Assembly: GCA_050613775.1 (NCBI GenBank)
Contig: JBODTK010000113.1
Coordinates: 124,001 to 188,000, forward strand
Length of the DNA: 64,000 nucleotides
Direction of reading: 5' to 3'
From: Neocallimastix sp. 'constans'
Taxonomy: Eukaryota
Part shown: positions 1-20,900 of the stretch, piece by piece
Layout: each line of letters starts with the position of its first letter
Position numbering within the stretch: the stretch's first letter is position 1
Notes under the pieces: generated by a model
Told to the model about the DNA's origin: nothing
Databases searched by the model: none
What the model saw: only the letters and a program-made list of their open reading frames with translations
Made by a program: the position numbers and the translations under genes

Positions 1-279
1 TTATAATAATTTTTAAAAAAAAAAATGATAAATAAATTTAATGAATTAAAAAATGCAACTGAAATTTAAGATAAAATATTATATGATAAATAAAAAATAT
101 TATTATTATTACTATTTTTGTTGATGAATTGTTGAAAAATATTTATACATTAAAGTTAATTATTGTATTGAATTCTATTTTTTACTTTTTTTTTTTTTAT
201 GTAATTTTATAGTAATATATAATAATATTAACATTAATTTTATCATTACTTTATCAGTTATTATTTGAAAAAAAATTTT

Positions 280-930
280 TTATTTATTTAATGGAAATCT
301 TTGGATTCGTAATTTATTGGAACATATTTCTTTTGTTCTACATCTTTTAGATATTCATCATGATCACCAACTACTTCACTTGATAATTTTAAATCATTAT
401 GTTTGTATCCTTCTGTAATTCCAAGTCTTTCCCATGTATTTACCTGATGGTTATTGAATATATGTTTTTTTTTTTAAATTATTGTATTAATTATAATAAA
501 ATTAATTATTTTTTTTTTTTTAATTTATATATTTATTATAGTATTATAATTACTATTACTATTAGTACTATTAATATTATTAATATAATTTTTTTATCAT
601 CATTATTATATTGATATCACTATTAATTATATATGATTTTATTAAAAATATTATATATTTACCAAATGTAAATTTCCATACATAAAACGACGATTTCCAC
701 TTCCATTACTATTATTAATGACATCAGGATTTAATTGACCTTTAATGTAACGTTGAAGTGGTTCATTGTCTTTAGTCCAACTTTCATTTGCAACACTCTT
801 AATATAATCTTCATAGTATTTTCTATCTAAATCTTGTTTTTCTTTAATTAATTGTCTCCAGGAATTTCTTTCTTCTTTATCTTTTTTCCTTCTTTCTGAT
901 TGTTCTTCCTATTATGATAGAAAAGAAAAA

Positions 931-969
<39 letters not shown>

Positions 970-1355
970 TAAAATATCAATTTAATAAAAAAAAATAAAA
1001 TAAAATAAAATAAAAAATAATAATATTATCATACAATAAATAAATGTATAAATAAATCAATATATAAATCATTATTAATAATAAAATGATTATAATTTAA
1101 ATTTTAAATTAAATTATTAAATTATTTAATTTAGACCTTTAATATTTTATTTAATTCTCCTAGCTTCTCAATTTCTAATTTTTTCTTATCTTGAACATAT
1201 TGATCCATTTTCCTTGTACATTCGTCATATTCTTTTAGTAATTTGCTTAATTCTAAACTTTGCTTCTTTTTAAGTTCCTTCTTATTCTTCTTTTCTTCTC
1301 TCTATTTTATTGAATATATATATATATATATATATAATTTATAATAATAATAATA

Positions 1356-1387
<32 letters not shown>

Positions 1388-2026
1388 TTAATAAATTAAT
1401 TAGTAATAATTTCATTTTTATCTTATATTTAAATACTATATATATATTTTTTAAAATAAATAAATAAATAGCACTTAAATAAATAAATAAATAAATAAAT
1501 ATTAGCTATATTAAAAAGATAATACTTTTTTTTACCTTATCAAGATAAGCTTGATATAATTCTTTTTTAAATTGAGCGTCTTTTTTGGCTCTTTCTTCTT
1601 CAATCTTTGCTTGATTATCAACAACATTAAGCCATTTAGCTTGAAAATCTTCTATTTTTTTCTTCTTCTTTTCATTATCATTTTCAATTAATTCAAATAT
1701 TTTTTCTTTATTTACATTATTTTTATTTCTTAATTCTACTTCTCGTTGTTGACGTAATTCATTTTGTTTTTCTTTTTTCTCAAGAAATACTTCTACTTCC
1801 TTTTTAATTTGTTCATCAATTAATATCTCTTTCTCCTTCTTAATTTTATTATCAATCTCTTTTTCTTTAATATTCTTAAAAAGTTCTTTTAATTTTTCTT
1901 TTTCTTTTGCTTTTTCTACTTTTTCTTCTTCTTTATCCTCCAAATCTTTTTGAACAGCTCTTTCATGTTCTTTTAAGGATTCCTTTTTTTTTTATTTTTT
2001 TATTTTTATTTTTATTTTTATTTTTA

Positions 2027-2057
<31 letters not shown>

Positions 2058-3480
2058 TTTTATTTTATTTTATTATAAATATAATACATTTAAATTTTAT
2101 TTAATAAATCATAAATAGATTAGATTTTATAAATATAATACATCTAAATTTTATTTAATAAATCATAAATGGATTATATTTATATTATTATTTAACTTAT
2201 CAATATATATATATACCTGTTTAATTAATGCGTTTTCAATCTTTCTTTTTTCCCTTAATGCTTGATTATAATCATCAACTATTTTGGCCGCTTTTAATTT
2301 TTCATTTAATTTTAATCTATCTTCTTCAGCTTCCGCTTTCTTAATTTCATTAAAATGAATATCTATTTGTTTGTCATATTCTTCTTGTATTCTTTGTCTT
2401 AGTTTTTTATTTTCTATTTGCAGTTTTCTTTCCTTTTTTATTATGTATATATTATTATTATAATTTCATTAATTATTATTAATTAATTATTATTATTATT
2501 ATTATATTATTTATTATTGTCATTATTATTATTATTATTATTATTATTGTTATTATTATTATTATTATTATTGTTATTATTATTATTATTATTTACTTTT
2601 AACATTAATTATTATTTTATTTATTAATATTTATTTTTTAATTTATAAAATGGCTTATTATTAATACTAAAAAATCCTATCATTATTTTATAATCTAATA
2701 TATAATAAAATAATAATTATTTACTTTCAATGCCTCAAAGTGTCTCAACTTAATATTGAATGCTTTAACTGAATCTAATTCTTGAATTCTAATTTGTTTC
2801 ATTTTTTCTAATGTTTCTTCTCTTTTTCTTTTTTCATTTTCTATATATATTTCATTTTCTTTTCTCTTTTGCTCTTCTTGTTCTTCTAATTTCTTCTTCC
2901 TAATTTCATCTTTCATTCGTCTCTGTCCGGTAATTGTATTATGCCAGTTCTTAATTCTTTCTTGAGATCGTTTATGAAGATATTCTTTCTTTTAAAGGAA
3001 TTATATATATAATTATATAAAAGGAAAAAAAAAAATTTTTTTTATTATTATTAAATAGAATAAATATTATTAATAAATTTACTTAATAACAATAATTGTA
3101 AAATATGTAAATATATTGATCGAAATAAATAATTTTTTTTTTATTCGATATTCATCATTACTTCATTTTGTCTAATTTTTTGTTTTAGTTGATCCTCGGT
3201 TGAAAGAGAATTCTTAATTCGAAGAAATTCATATCCATCTAATACGGGCCCATTTGTTCTTTGTACACTTTTTTTTTTTTTTTTTTATTTTATTTTATTT
3301 TATTTTATTTTATTTTATTTTATTTTATTTTATTTTATTTTTAAATATATAAATATTACATTAAATAGAAAAAATTTTTAATTAAATTAATAAATTTTTT
3401 ATTATAATAATTAATTTAAAATTATTATTTTTATTAATAATAATATTATTAAATAATTAATTAAATTTCTTTTTTTCCTC

Positions 3481-3516
<36 letters not shown>

Positions 3517-3723
3517 CTTTTTCTTTTTTGTTTGCTTTTTTTTTAATATTAAATATAATAAGTTGTTTTTTATGAATTTATATTCATAAGATAACAAAAA
3601 AATTGAATAATTACGTAAATAATTCTGGTTTATCCCCTGGATAATATTCAATTGATTTAAGTATATTTTTTAATTTAATTTCGTTTAAATCATATTCATC
3701 AGTTACATTATACTTTGTTCCCA

Positions 3724-3724
<1 letters not shown>
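280..3724 (-). CDS. CFAP210: Cilia/flagella-associated protein 210 (CCDC173)-like coiled-coil axonemal microtubule inner protein, 8 exons
   Basis: GT-AG exons at approx. 3615-3724, 3162-3267, 2725-2988, 2217-2432, 1536-1982, 1138-1302, 663-908 and 280-443 join in frame: MGTKYNV...KEYLHKRSQERIKNWHNTITGQRRMK...SVKAFNIKLRHFEALKERKLQIE...NTWERLG...TAA. The WxNT..G, VKxF...ERxxQIE and C-terminal RLG pattern is recognised as CCDC173/CFAP210. Confidence 0.75.
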
Positions 3725-3755
<31 letters not shown>

Positions 3756-4307
3756 TTTATATTATATATTATTTTCTAAGTACTATTAATTTTTCAAAAA
3801 GAAATAAATAAAATCAAATAAAAAACAAAATAGAAAATAGAAAAAATAAAATAGAAAAAAATAAAAAAGGAAAAAATAAAATAAAATAGAAATTAAAAAA
3901 AATATATATTTTTTTATTTAATTAATGTTTTAATAAATTGAATTATTCTTTTAAATATATATATATAATATATCTTTTTTTTTTTTTACTTCAAATAATA
4001 TTATTATTCCTATCTAATATTTAGTAAAAATTTTCATTTTGTACAAAAACAAGATAAAAAAAATTATAACCAATAATTTCCTTTTAAAATTTTGTAAAAA
4101 TTTACATTTTACATTATATATATATAATGTAAATTTTAAAAAGCTTAAAAAAATATTAAGAATTTTATGGTAAAAAATTATCATCTAGTTTTATAATTTT
4201 TTTTTTTTACCTTATATTATTTCATTATAAAAACCTAATTAATTATATAAAAATGGATATAATAATAAAAAAAAAAAAAAAAGTATGTTTCGATAATAAT
4301 CATAATA

Positions 4308-4343
<36 letters not shown>

Positions 4344-4564
4344 TTGTATATTGATATAATTTGAAAGGAAATTTAACATTATTTTATATATATTAGTATA
4401 ATTATTAAATTTTCTAAATACAAATAATATTTTGAGAGTTTATTAAAAAAAATATTTTATATATATGAATATATGAATGATGATACAGATACCTTTTTTT
4501 TTTTATTTTTTTTTTTTATTTCTTATTTCTAATTTCTTTATTTAATTTTTATGATATATCTTAA

Positions 4565-4610
<46 letters not shown>

Positions 4611-5070
4611 TTAAAAATAATGAAAATATAGAATAGTAAACTTTAAAAAATTTTAATAATGTTAAATAATAAAACTTTTTACATTATAAATATTACAAAT
4701 AAAAATCTACGATGTTAATAATATTTTAATAGTAATTAAAGTTTTTTATTTTTTTTAATTTTTTATTTTATTTTATTTTTTTTTTTTTTTTTTTTTATAT
4801 ATTTTTCTTTTTTTGATTTTCCAGAGTTATCATGGAAAATTTCGAATAAATACTATTGAAAACAAAATCATCAACAATATATAAAATTAAACATAAAACA
4901 AAACTAAAAACTAAAAAATAAATAAATAAATCAAATTATATAAATTTTCAATAAAATTAAATTAACATAAAATTTTCTCTTTTTTTATTTTTATAATATA
5001 ATATAAAACTAAAGAAAAATTAAAAAATAGATATATTTGAATAATAAAATTATTATTATAGATTTTATAA

Positions 5071-5114
<44 letters not shown>

Positions 5115-5308
5115 TTGCATTAAATATTAATTTGGAATAAAAAGAGAATAAAAAATATTTTATAATATATATTTAATATACCAATAGTATTATAAATAAT
5201 ATCTTTATAATAAAAAATAATAATAATAATAATAATAATAGAACATTAATAAAAATTAGCCTTTATTATTATAATCATTATTAAAGCTCAATTAAAGTTT
5301 AATAAAGT

Positions 5309-5351
<43 letters not shown>

Positions 5352-5353
<2 letters not shown>

Positions 5354-5410
5354 CAATTATCATTATAGCAATATCATTATAGCAATATCATTATAGCAAT
5401 ATCATTATAG
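5352..5410 (+). repeat. About 4 tandem copies of a 14-bp unit (AGCAATATCATTAT) just upstream of the RIB43A ATG
   Basis: Directly visible: agcaattatcattat agcaatatcattat agcaatatcattat agcaatatcattatag. Confidence 0.85.
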
Positions 5411-5445
5411 TTTTAATAAAACATTTAATATTAAAAAACTAAAAA

Positions 5446-8130
<2,685 letters not shown>

Positions 8131-8897
8131 ACATATCAATAGTTATATGAATATTATTATAATAATAAATAATGTTATCAAGATTAATAATTATTAATTT
8201 TTTTTTTTTTTTCATCATATTTAATCAATAATGTACTTTTTACTTTTTAATAATTTTTCTTTTTTCATTCATTCTATTTTATATTACATTTAAAAAGATT
8301 TTTTTTATTTTACAAGTTTTGTTACACATTGTTATATATATGTATATATAAAGATATATACAGTTTTGTTATTGTATTGTATACCAATAAATAAAAAAAA
8401 TATATATATAACATTTAACCAAATTATACAAATTGTACTTATTTTTTATATATATATATACTTTTTTTTTTTAATTTATTCCAATATCGATTTTTATATA
8501 TATTTAAATTATTTTAATTATTTTAATATAGATATATTAATAAATATATATATATATATTTATTAGATATTTTTATTATAAAAATTTTTTTGTTTAATGA
8601 AATAATTCTTTTATTATCTTTTTTTATTTTTTATTTTATATTTGAGAAAACTAAAACATTTCGAACAAAATAAAAAAAGAAAGAAAAAGAGAGAAAGTAA
8701 ATATTTTTAATATAAAGAATACATATATTTAAATACTATACAAACAGGTTAATATATTTGATTTATGAAGTATAATTTATTTGCATTAAAATCAAATTTA
8801 AATTTAATTAAAAATGAAATTAGAATGTATAATAAATCATATTTTAAGATTAATTCTTTATATATAAAAGTAAAAATAAAATTCATTAAGGCTGAAA

Positions 8898-8940
<43 letters not shown>

Positions 8941-9083
8941 TAATTTTAAAGAAGATAAAATTTTATTTACTATTATTATTATTATTATATTATATTTTTA
9001 TATTAGTTTTTTTTTTGATAATTATTATTGACCCGATAATAAAAATTTTAATATTTTTTTTTCTTATAATTTAGATAAGAAAT

Positions 9084-11751
<2,668 letters not shown>

Positions 11752-12173
11752 AAAAAAAAATCTTTTTTATATATTTATATATAAAAAGATATCATCATTT
11801 TTTTTTTTTTTTTACTGCGCAAATTAAATAATAATAATAATAATAATAATAATGAAAATAATAAAATTTTATTATAACTATTATTATTGTTATTATTATT
11901 ATTAAAAGAAGAAAAAAAAATCAAGTCAGCTCATATTGAATATAATTTATCTATTCAATGTATTAAAAATAGAATGTAATTTGGTAATGCTAATTTTTTA
12001 TTAAAAAAAAAAAAAAAAAAAAAAATTCATGCAAAGTAAAAAAAAATTTAAAAAATAAAAAATATATTCATATATTTATATATTTATATATAATATAAAT
12101 ATATAACATAAAAAAAAATTTTTTTCTAAATTATAAAAATTTAGTAGTATAATACCATAATACAATGCAAATA

Positions 12174-12229
<56 letters not shown>

Positions 12230-12295
12230 GAAAATTAATTATTGTTAAAATTTAAATAAACATATATATATAAAAAATGATATTTTCTTTTTCTT

Positions 12296-12331
<36 letters not shown>

Positions 12332-12434
12332 CATTAAATATAAACATTTAAAAAATATATATATTATATATATATATATATTTTTTCAATAAATATAAAC
12401 ATTTAAAATATTTATATATTTATATATATTTGTA

Positions 12435-12467
<33 letters not shown>

Positions 12468-12598
12468 TTGTCCTATTTATATACCTAAATTGATGAATAT
12501 TCTTTCCATAATTATTTATTATTTATCAATTAAAGATTATTTAAAATATTTTTTATTTTTATTTTTATTCTTATATATATATAATATTTATATTTATT

Positions 12599-12631
<33 letters not shown>

Positions 12632-12999
12632 TATTTATTTATTTATATTTATATTTATATTTATATTTATATTTATATTTATTTATAATACATTTTTCAA
12701 CTATTATTTTAAATACTTTTTGTTTATTAAAAACAAAAATAAAGACAAAAAAAAAAATTTTTTTTTAATTATATATATATATTTCATTATAAATTGGAAT
12801 AATAGATAGAATTTATAAAAAAAAAAAATAATAAGAAAAAAATAAGAAGAAAAACTACTATATCTATTTTTTTGATGGTAACTTTCTCTTTGTCTTTCTC
12901 TTTTTGTTTTTGTTTTTGTTTTTGTCTTTTTATATATATATATATATATATATATAATTATTATTATTATTTATTATAATAGTATAATTTTTTTTTTTT

Positions 13000-13863
13000 T
13001 TATAAACGACGTTTTTCTCTTTTCATGGTTCTTCTCTTTTCCTTTTCTTTATCCAACTTTTGTTTTTCTAATAATTTTTTATCTCTTTCAACTTTTTGTA
13101 AATGTTTCTTTTTAGCTTCCATTCTTTGTTTTCTCTCCTTTTCCTTAACAATATCAGCATTTGTATTTTTTGGTATAAATTCATCCGCTTTTTTTTTTTT
13201 TTTTTTTTTTTACAATTATAATTATTATTTTTTTTTTTTATTTATGAAAAAATATATATATATTGAATTTTAAAATTGACATAATAAAATAAATAATAAT
13301 AATAATAATAATATATTAAATTGAAAAAAAAAAAGATACATGAATATATATATGTTATAAATAATATGAATAATATGAATAATATAAATAAAAAAAAATG
13401 ATATAAATAAAAATATGAATTTAATTATTAATATATATTATATAAATAAAATAAATGATATAAATAAAATATGAATTTAATTATTAATATATATAATATA
13501 AATAAATATTATTTATTAAATACTATTAATGATATATATATATATGTTTTTATAATATTACTTTGTTCATTAGCGGCATGGTCAACATATTCAATTTCAT
13601 CTTCTCCATCTTCTCCTTGAGTAATTCTATCTAAATTATAAGCATATTTTTCTAAAAATTTTTCTCTTTGTTCTCTTTGTTTATCCGTTAATTGAACTTT
13701 ACTAACTTCCTTTTTGGAAGCAACATTTAATACCTCTAATTCCTTTTCTATATTTATTTATACATAATTAATAATTTTAAAAATAGTTCAATTAAAATAA
13801 TTATTAGTTCCATTAGATTTATTTGAATGGACCTCATATGTTAAGTTATTATATTTTATTAAG

Positions 13864-13903
<40 letters not shown>

Positions 13904-14591
13904 ATATAAAAATTACTTTTTGCTTCATTTTGTTTTTTAATTCTTTCTTCTTCTTGTTTTTCTAATTCTTTTTGTTTTATTTTTGAAGAGTATTCGAATA
14001 ATTGATTTAAAAATTCTTCAATTGGTTCTTCCTTTTTTTTTAAAAAAAAAAAAAAAAAAATACAAAAATAATATAAAATAAAAGAGGTTATATTATTAAT
14101 TACAACTTTAATAACTATTTTAAAAAATAAAAAAAAATATATATATATATATTATTTTTTTTATTATTATTAATTTTTTTTAAATATTTCAATATATTTT
14201 TTTTACATACTGTAGCTTCAACTAAATATTCTTGAACAGCTTCTCTACATTCTTCTTCATCTTCAATTTCTTCTACCATTCCTGTTATATATTCTGATAC
14301 TGTCTTTATTTATTATTAATTATTATTTATTATTATTATTTTTTTTCCATAATTATTATTTTATTATTATCATTATTAATAATATAAAGAACAATAAATT
14401 AATATTTAACCAAATAAAAAAATAAAAATAAAAATAAAAATAAAAATTATTAAATAAATATATAAATGAAATATAAAAAAATAATAATAATAATCAAATA
14501 AATATAATTAAATAAATATAAATACCTCATCTTCAATTTTTAATTTTTTTAAATTTTCATTAACCCAACTACCAAGACCGTTATCCTCCAT
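13000..14591 (-). CDS. CCDC43: CCDC43-like coiled-coil protein, 5 exons
   Basis: MEDNGLGSGWVNENLKKLKIEDE/TVSEYITGMVEE...KFLEKYAY...IPKNTNADIV...RDKKLLEKQK...KRRTMKREKRRL*. The N-terminal helical block, the NTN motif and the C-terminal KRRTxKxERRR-type end match CCDC43. Confidence 0.8.
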
Positions 14592-14979
14592 ATTTGTATT
14601 ATATTTTTTTTATTAAAAAAAAGTAAAAAAAAAATTAAAGAAAAAAAAATAATAATAATAATAAAAATCTTAATTTTTAAAGATCAAAAGAAAAAAAAAT
14701 CAAGTTTTTGATGATATCATGTGATATATATATAATTCATCATAGAAATAATGATTGTATGATTGGCAAAATTATATATCTATTTAGAAAAAACATAGAT
14801 ATATTACTTTTTTTTTTTTAAAAAAAAAATTAATTTTACTATGTGAGATTTATATTTAAATATTATATAAATTATTTAAGATAATTAATTATTAATTTAT
14901 TTAAAAAATTTTTATTTTTTTTTTTTTTCATTTTTATAATTTTTATTTATTATAATAATATTCAAGGAAAAAAACGAAA

Positions 14980-15286
14980 ATGAAAATAGTATTCTCTGAT
15001 AGTGAAGAAGATATTGATAAATATTATATTAAAAAAAAGGAAAAACAATTTGAAGATGTTATTATAACAGAAGAAATGAAAGATGACATGTATAGTCGTT
15101 TAAACTCCTTAATAAAATTTGAATTAGTAGCACATAAAAAAAAACCAGGACCAACTGAAGAATTTGATAGAAGTGGTATATATTAATGGATAATACAAAA
15201 TTATTAAAAAAAAAAAAATTAGAATAAAATAAAATAATAAAAAAAAGTATTAACAATAAAAATAGAATAAAAGTATAAAAAAAGAT

Positions 15287-15317
<31 letters not shown>

Positions 15318-15740
15318 TTAAAAGTATATAGTTAAAATTCAATTAAATTGTATATATAAAGAATTTTTTTTATTTTAAAACATTTCATGAAATTGAAATT
15401 TCAAATTTAGATTTTAAAATCTAAATTACTAATTTTAATTTATACATTAAAAATACTAATAAAATAAAAATAAAAAGATTCAAATTATATTAATAAAATG
15501 TTATATATATATGTAATATCAATGTAATAATCTTATTATTATTACTATTCTATTTATAATTCAATTTTTTATTGTTATCAATTGTAAAGAAAATGGACCA
15601 CTCTATGGGTTAAAAGGAGGTATAACTATTTTAACTTTTTTTTTTTTTTTTCAACAATATATATATATATAACAAAAATCCAAATATAAAACTGATATTA
15701 ATATAATTTTAAAATGTTAAAAAAAAAAAGAATAAAAAAT

Positions 15741-15773
<33 letters not shown>

Positions 15774-16009
15774 TGTATATATATATATATATAGTACCTT
15801 TTAAATTATTAAATCAACCACCTGTCAATGTAACACTTAATCCACAATTTCCAAAAATTGTAAATTATGAAAGAAAAAATACATATGATTATGATAGGTT
15901 AGCATTTAAATGCAAAATAAAAATTTAAGGGAAAAAAAAAAAAAATGTTTTATGATTTTATTGAATTTTTATCAATAAATTTATACTTAAAATACATTTT
16001 AAATATTGT

Positions 16010-16041
<32 letters not shown>

Positions 16042-16230
16042 TATAATTAATTAATAGTGAATTAGAAGAAGAAAGAGAAAAGAAATTTAAAGAATCAGAA
16101 ATTTCACCAGAAGAAATTATAAAAAATTCAAAAATTCCATGGGTAAATTTTATATACATTTATATATTTATATTAAAAAATAACAAATAAAAAAATTTTT
16201 AATATTAATTATATTTTATTATTCTAATAA

Positions 16231-16267
<37 letters not shown>

Positions 16268-16351
16268 AAAAAAAAAAATAATAATAATAATAATTTCTAT
16301 ATATATTTTATTGAATATATAATAATAATAATAATGATGATGATAATAATG

Positions 16352-16407
<56 letters not shown>

Positions 16408-16815
16408 TTTTAGGTCTTTAGTTGGAATGATAGGGTAATAAATATATCAGATATTAAAAAAAGAAGATATAGAAGACATAAAAGTCAAAAGAAAAGAATA
16501 ATTGAAGCGTCCATTAAAGCAGGAGTAATGAAAGAAAGAAAACCAAAATTAATAAAAAACAAAAAATTCATAAAAAATCCAGTTTATGTTAGAGATGCCT
16601 ACGGTAATTACATATTACAAAGTGATTTATGGAAATATCAACCTTCATCAAATAAAAATAATTTTAATAATAATAGACGAGGTGGTTTCAACAGGGGAAG
16701 ATTTAATAACAGCAATAATAATAATGGCAAATTTAAAAGAAATAATTTTGGAAATAAACCTTTCTTTAAGGGAAATAAATTTCCTAATAAAAATAATAAC
16801 AAAAAACCAAATTAA
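14980..16815 (+). CDS. Basic, probably nucleolar protein resembling fungal DUF2011, with an N/G/R-rich tail; 5 exons
   Basis: Exons starting at 14980, ~15590, ~15795, ~16058 and ~16413 splice in frame: ...VPFKLL...ISPEEIIKNSKIPW/VFSWNDRVI...KKRRYRRHKSQKKRI...RRGGFNRGRF. The gene model is solid; the family is from pattern memory only. Confidence 0.6.
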
Positions 16816-17526
16816 ACTTATCCCCTTATTTAATATTATAGAATAAAATAAAAAATAAAAAAAAAAAAAAAAAAAAAAAAAATAAAATAAAATAAAATAA
16901 AATAAAATCATTATCCATCAAACTTTTTATGTATATTTTTTTATATATTAGATTACAATTTTTATAATTTTTTTTTTTATTACTAATAATAATAATAATA
17001 ATTTATTTATTTATTTAATAAAAATTTATAATAATTTATTAAAGATAATAATAGTAATAACAATAATAATTTTATAATAATATAAAATAAAAAACAATAT
17101 AAATATAAACAATATACTTTAATTTTTTTTTTTTTTTTTTTTTTTAATTATTGTGACTGTCTTTTATCATGATTAACTCTAAAAGAATATATTGACATAT
17201 CTTTAATTAAAATAATGAATATATAATACTTTGAATTTAATATTTATATTTATTTTTTTTTTTTTTATATATTTATGTATTTATTTTATTAATATATATA
17301 TATATATATAATTTTTTTATATATATACTTTTTTATTTTACATTTATTTTTACTATTGTAATAAAAAATAAGAAAAAGATTTTTACATTATATATATATA
17401 TATATATATATATACGATATATAAATTTTATAATTATTGGAACATTTATAACATTTATATATATATATATATATTTCTTAAAGAAAAAAAGCTAAATTTA
17501 TATTTATCTTTATATATATATTTATA

Positions 17527-17675
<149 letters not shown>

Positions 17676-17993
17676 TTATAATTATAATTATTCGTTATTT
17701 TTTTTCATAGTACTTTTATTTATATTAGTATTATATATTATATATATCCAAAATTTTGAATTATATATATAATTACATATATTTAAAAGAATCATAAAAA
17801 AAAAATAATAAATAAATAAAAAAATATATTATTAATATTTTTTAATTTAAATTTATATATATTATAATTCTTTTAAATTTTTTTTTTTTATATGTATTAA
17901 AAAAGATTTTCTTTTCACTTTAATTTTTATTTTTATTTTTTTTTTTTTTATTGCTTATTATTTTTTTTTTTTAATAAAAAAAAATATATTAAT

Positions 17994-20900
17994 TTAAGCC
18001 CAGTTAAGAGTGAAATCTTCATTCATACTAATAGCAAGATCTTCAACAATTAAAACACCTTCCTTGTAAGTAAATTTAACCGTCGTAGAGTTACCTTGTG
18101 CAACCACAACCTTGGATGGTTCACTTTCAATGCCGAGAACCTTAATCGTAGCAAGTTTTTGACTTTCAGGGTAGTTGTAAGAACCAGAGGCAGTGAGGGA
18201 ACCTTCCTTAGCTGCATATTTAATTTCTGATTTCTTACCCTTAATATCAATACTACTACCATCATCAAGGTAAAGTTCACCCTTAGCCTTACCTTCAGCA
18301 TCTAAAGCAACAATGAGACCGAATGGAGATTTACGGTTTTCATAAATGTTAAGCTTTGGACCTTGAGTTGGAATGATGGAACCACCACGAATATGAACTG
18401 GAATATGTTCCAATGGAGCATCTAATTTCTTGTAAGTTGGACCACGGAAGGAAACAGTCGGGTCGTACCAGTCGTACCATTTACCAGCAGGGAAGTAACC
18501 ATTAACAGATCTAGCCCCATCCTTAAGAACTGGAGTAATCATCATACCCTTACCGAAGAGGAATTGTTCATCATTATCAATAGCCACAGAATCGGTTGGC
18601 CAGATGAAGGCTTGTGGGTAAACAATCATACCAGAATCAGTATGAGTTCTAATTAAGAGAGTGTAAAGGTATGGAAGAACTTCATAACGAATAGCTAAAG
18701 CTCTACGAGCACTTTCAGTAACAGATTCCCAACGGAAAGCTTCTTGATCAGAGCCAATAATTGAATTGTGATTTCTAGCGAATGGATAGAAGGCACCAAG
18801 TTCATGCCAACGAGCACAAAGTTCTTCAGTAGCATTATCGTTGAAACCACAGATATCAGCACCAACTAATGGAATACCGAACATTTGGAAGTTTAGCATA
18901 CCCGGAATAGACCAATGTAATTGATCCCAGTTAGAAATATTATCCCCAAGCCAGTGAGCAGCGTAACTACCAGTACCAGCAAAAGTGGAACGAGAAAGGA
19001 GGAAGGGTCTCTTGATTGGATCAATGTTCTTCAAGACCTTATTGGTGACAATAGATTCCATATGACCGTATAGGTTGTGAACATCATATTCAATGTGACC
19101 ACCGTAGTGAGTAACATCCATATCAAAGGTCTTGTAGTTTAATGGAGTGTTAATATTTCTGTTGTTGAAGATGACGTAGGGTGGGTTATTTGGATTAAAG
19201 ACGCCTTTCTTGAATGGAGTGGCCTTAGAGGCACCACTGCAAGCCCCATTACAGAAGTTAGCCGCTTCGTTCATATCAATCCAGTTACCATCGGTCATAG
19301 CAATATCCTTAAATTCCTTAAATTCTCTGGTCCAGTATTCTTCAACCTTTGGATTGAACCAATCTGGGAAGACAGTGAACCCTGGCCAAACTTTACCAAC
19401 AAAGTCTTCACCATCAGCATTCTTTACAAAGATATCAGCATCCACACCACGATCATACGTCTTATAACCCTTTTCAGTAGCAATTGCTGGATCAACCATA
19501 TTAATGTAGTACAAATGCTTTTCATGTAAACGATCAACAAATTTAGCAATATTCTTTGGTGGGAAGTTAATTTCATCATAAGTGAAATCCTTGAAGCCAT
19601 CCATGAAATCAATATCAATCCACATGGTATCAACCGGAATTTTCTTCTTTTCAAATTGATCTAAAACGTATTCTACTTGTTCGAGGTTCTTGTAACCGTA
19701 ACGACATTGATGCCAACCAAGAGTCCAGTATGGCATAAGAGTTGGTTGACCGATAACCTTATGGTATTGAGCAACGACTTCTTCTGGAGTTGGACCCATA
19801 AAGAAGTACATATCAAAGTTACCACCGTTCACCTTGAAAGACAATTTACCAGGTTCAAGAATGAAATCTTGGCCATGCGCATTCTTAAGGAAGAAACCGT
19901 AGGAAGAACCATCTTCAGCAATTTCCATGTAGAATGGATGATGACCATAGATGTTAGAATCCTTTGGACAACCAGAATCAAGAGCAAATAAAGCTTGTTT
20001 GGTAGCGTTAGCATTTCTCTTAAATTCAGAAACAACTTCACCCACACCATAGATATTAGCATTAATAGGAACAGAGGTAGTAACCTGTAAGTATTGTTGT
20101 TCGAAAACAAATTCAAGAGAGTTGAAAATAATTTTACCATTCTTTCTCTTTACAACAATGTTGAAATCACCGTCCTCTTCTAAATCGAATACGTATTCTG
20201 GATCAGAGGCACCCGTAACTTCTGGAACGAATGGGAAAGCTTCCTTTGGAATATCAGCATTGTGTGGGTATTTTTCAAGATCAGTAGGGGTAACCTTAAG
20301 ATGAAGTCTAGTATCAGTTTCAAAAGTAGCAGCGAAATCTAAAGAGGTAATATCGGCATCATACTTTTCACATTTTTGACTTCCGAAATCAAGAGTAGCG
20401 GTTATACCAGAAGAAGATTTCTTTAAATTCTTAACCCTATACTTCTTATCGGAACAGTCAGGTTCAGATAATTCACCAGATGGAATAATATCTTGGAAGT
20501 AGCAGCGAGTATCTTCAGTAAGACTGTTTTGATCGTAGCAACAACCGTACTTATCAACACATTCACTTTCAGATATACCACTATAACCACAGGAATTACG
20601 TTGGAAGATATCAACAGAACAAGTTGGAACAAGAGCGCCATGGTAGAAACAGGATGGGTAATTCTTATCTTCAGAAAGATCCCAACAACAACCTAAGTCA
20701 CCACATTCCTCTTCAGTAATATCCTTTTCACCACAACGAGAACGTAATTCATGTTCAATGACACAAGTACCATATTGATTATTAAAGTCAGAACCAACAC
20801 CATAGAAGCAAGATGGAGCACCAGCTAATTCACTGTAACAACAGTTTAAGCTAATACATCCATCTTCTGTAATTTTGTCACGACCACATTGAATACGTTC

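Noticed and set aside
4108..4133. Perfect 26-bp palindrome (and a 24-bp one at ~15404-15427)
   Set aside because: Almost all A/T; expected by chance or slippage at this composition.
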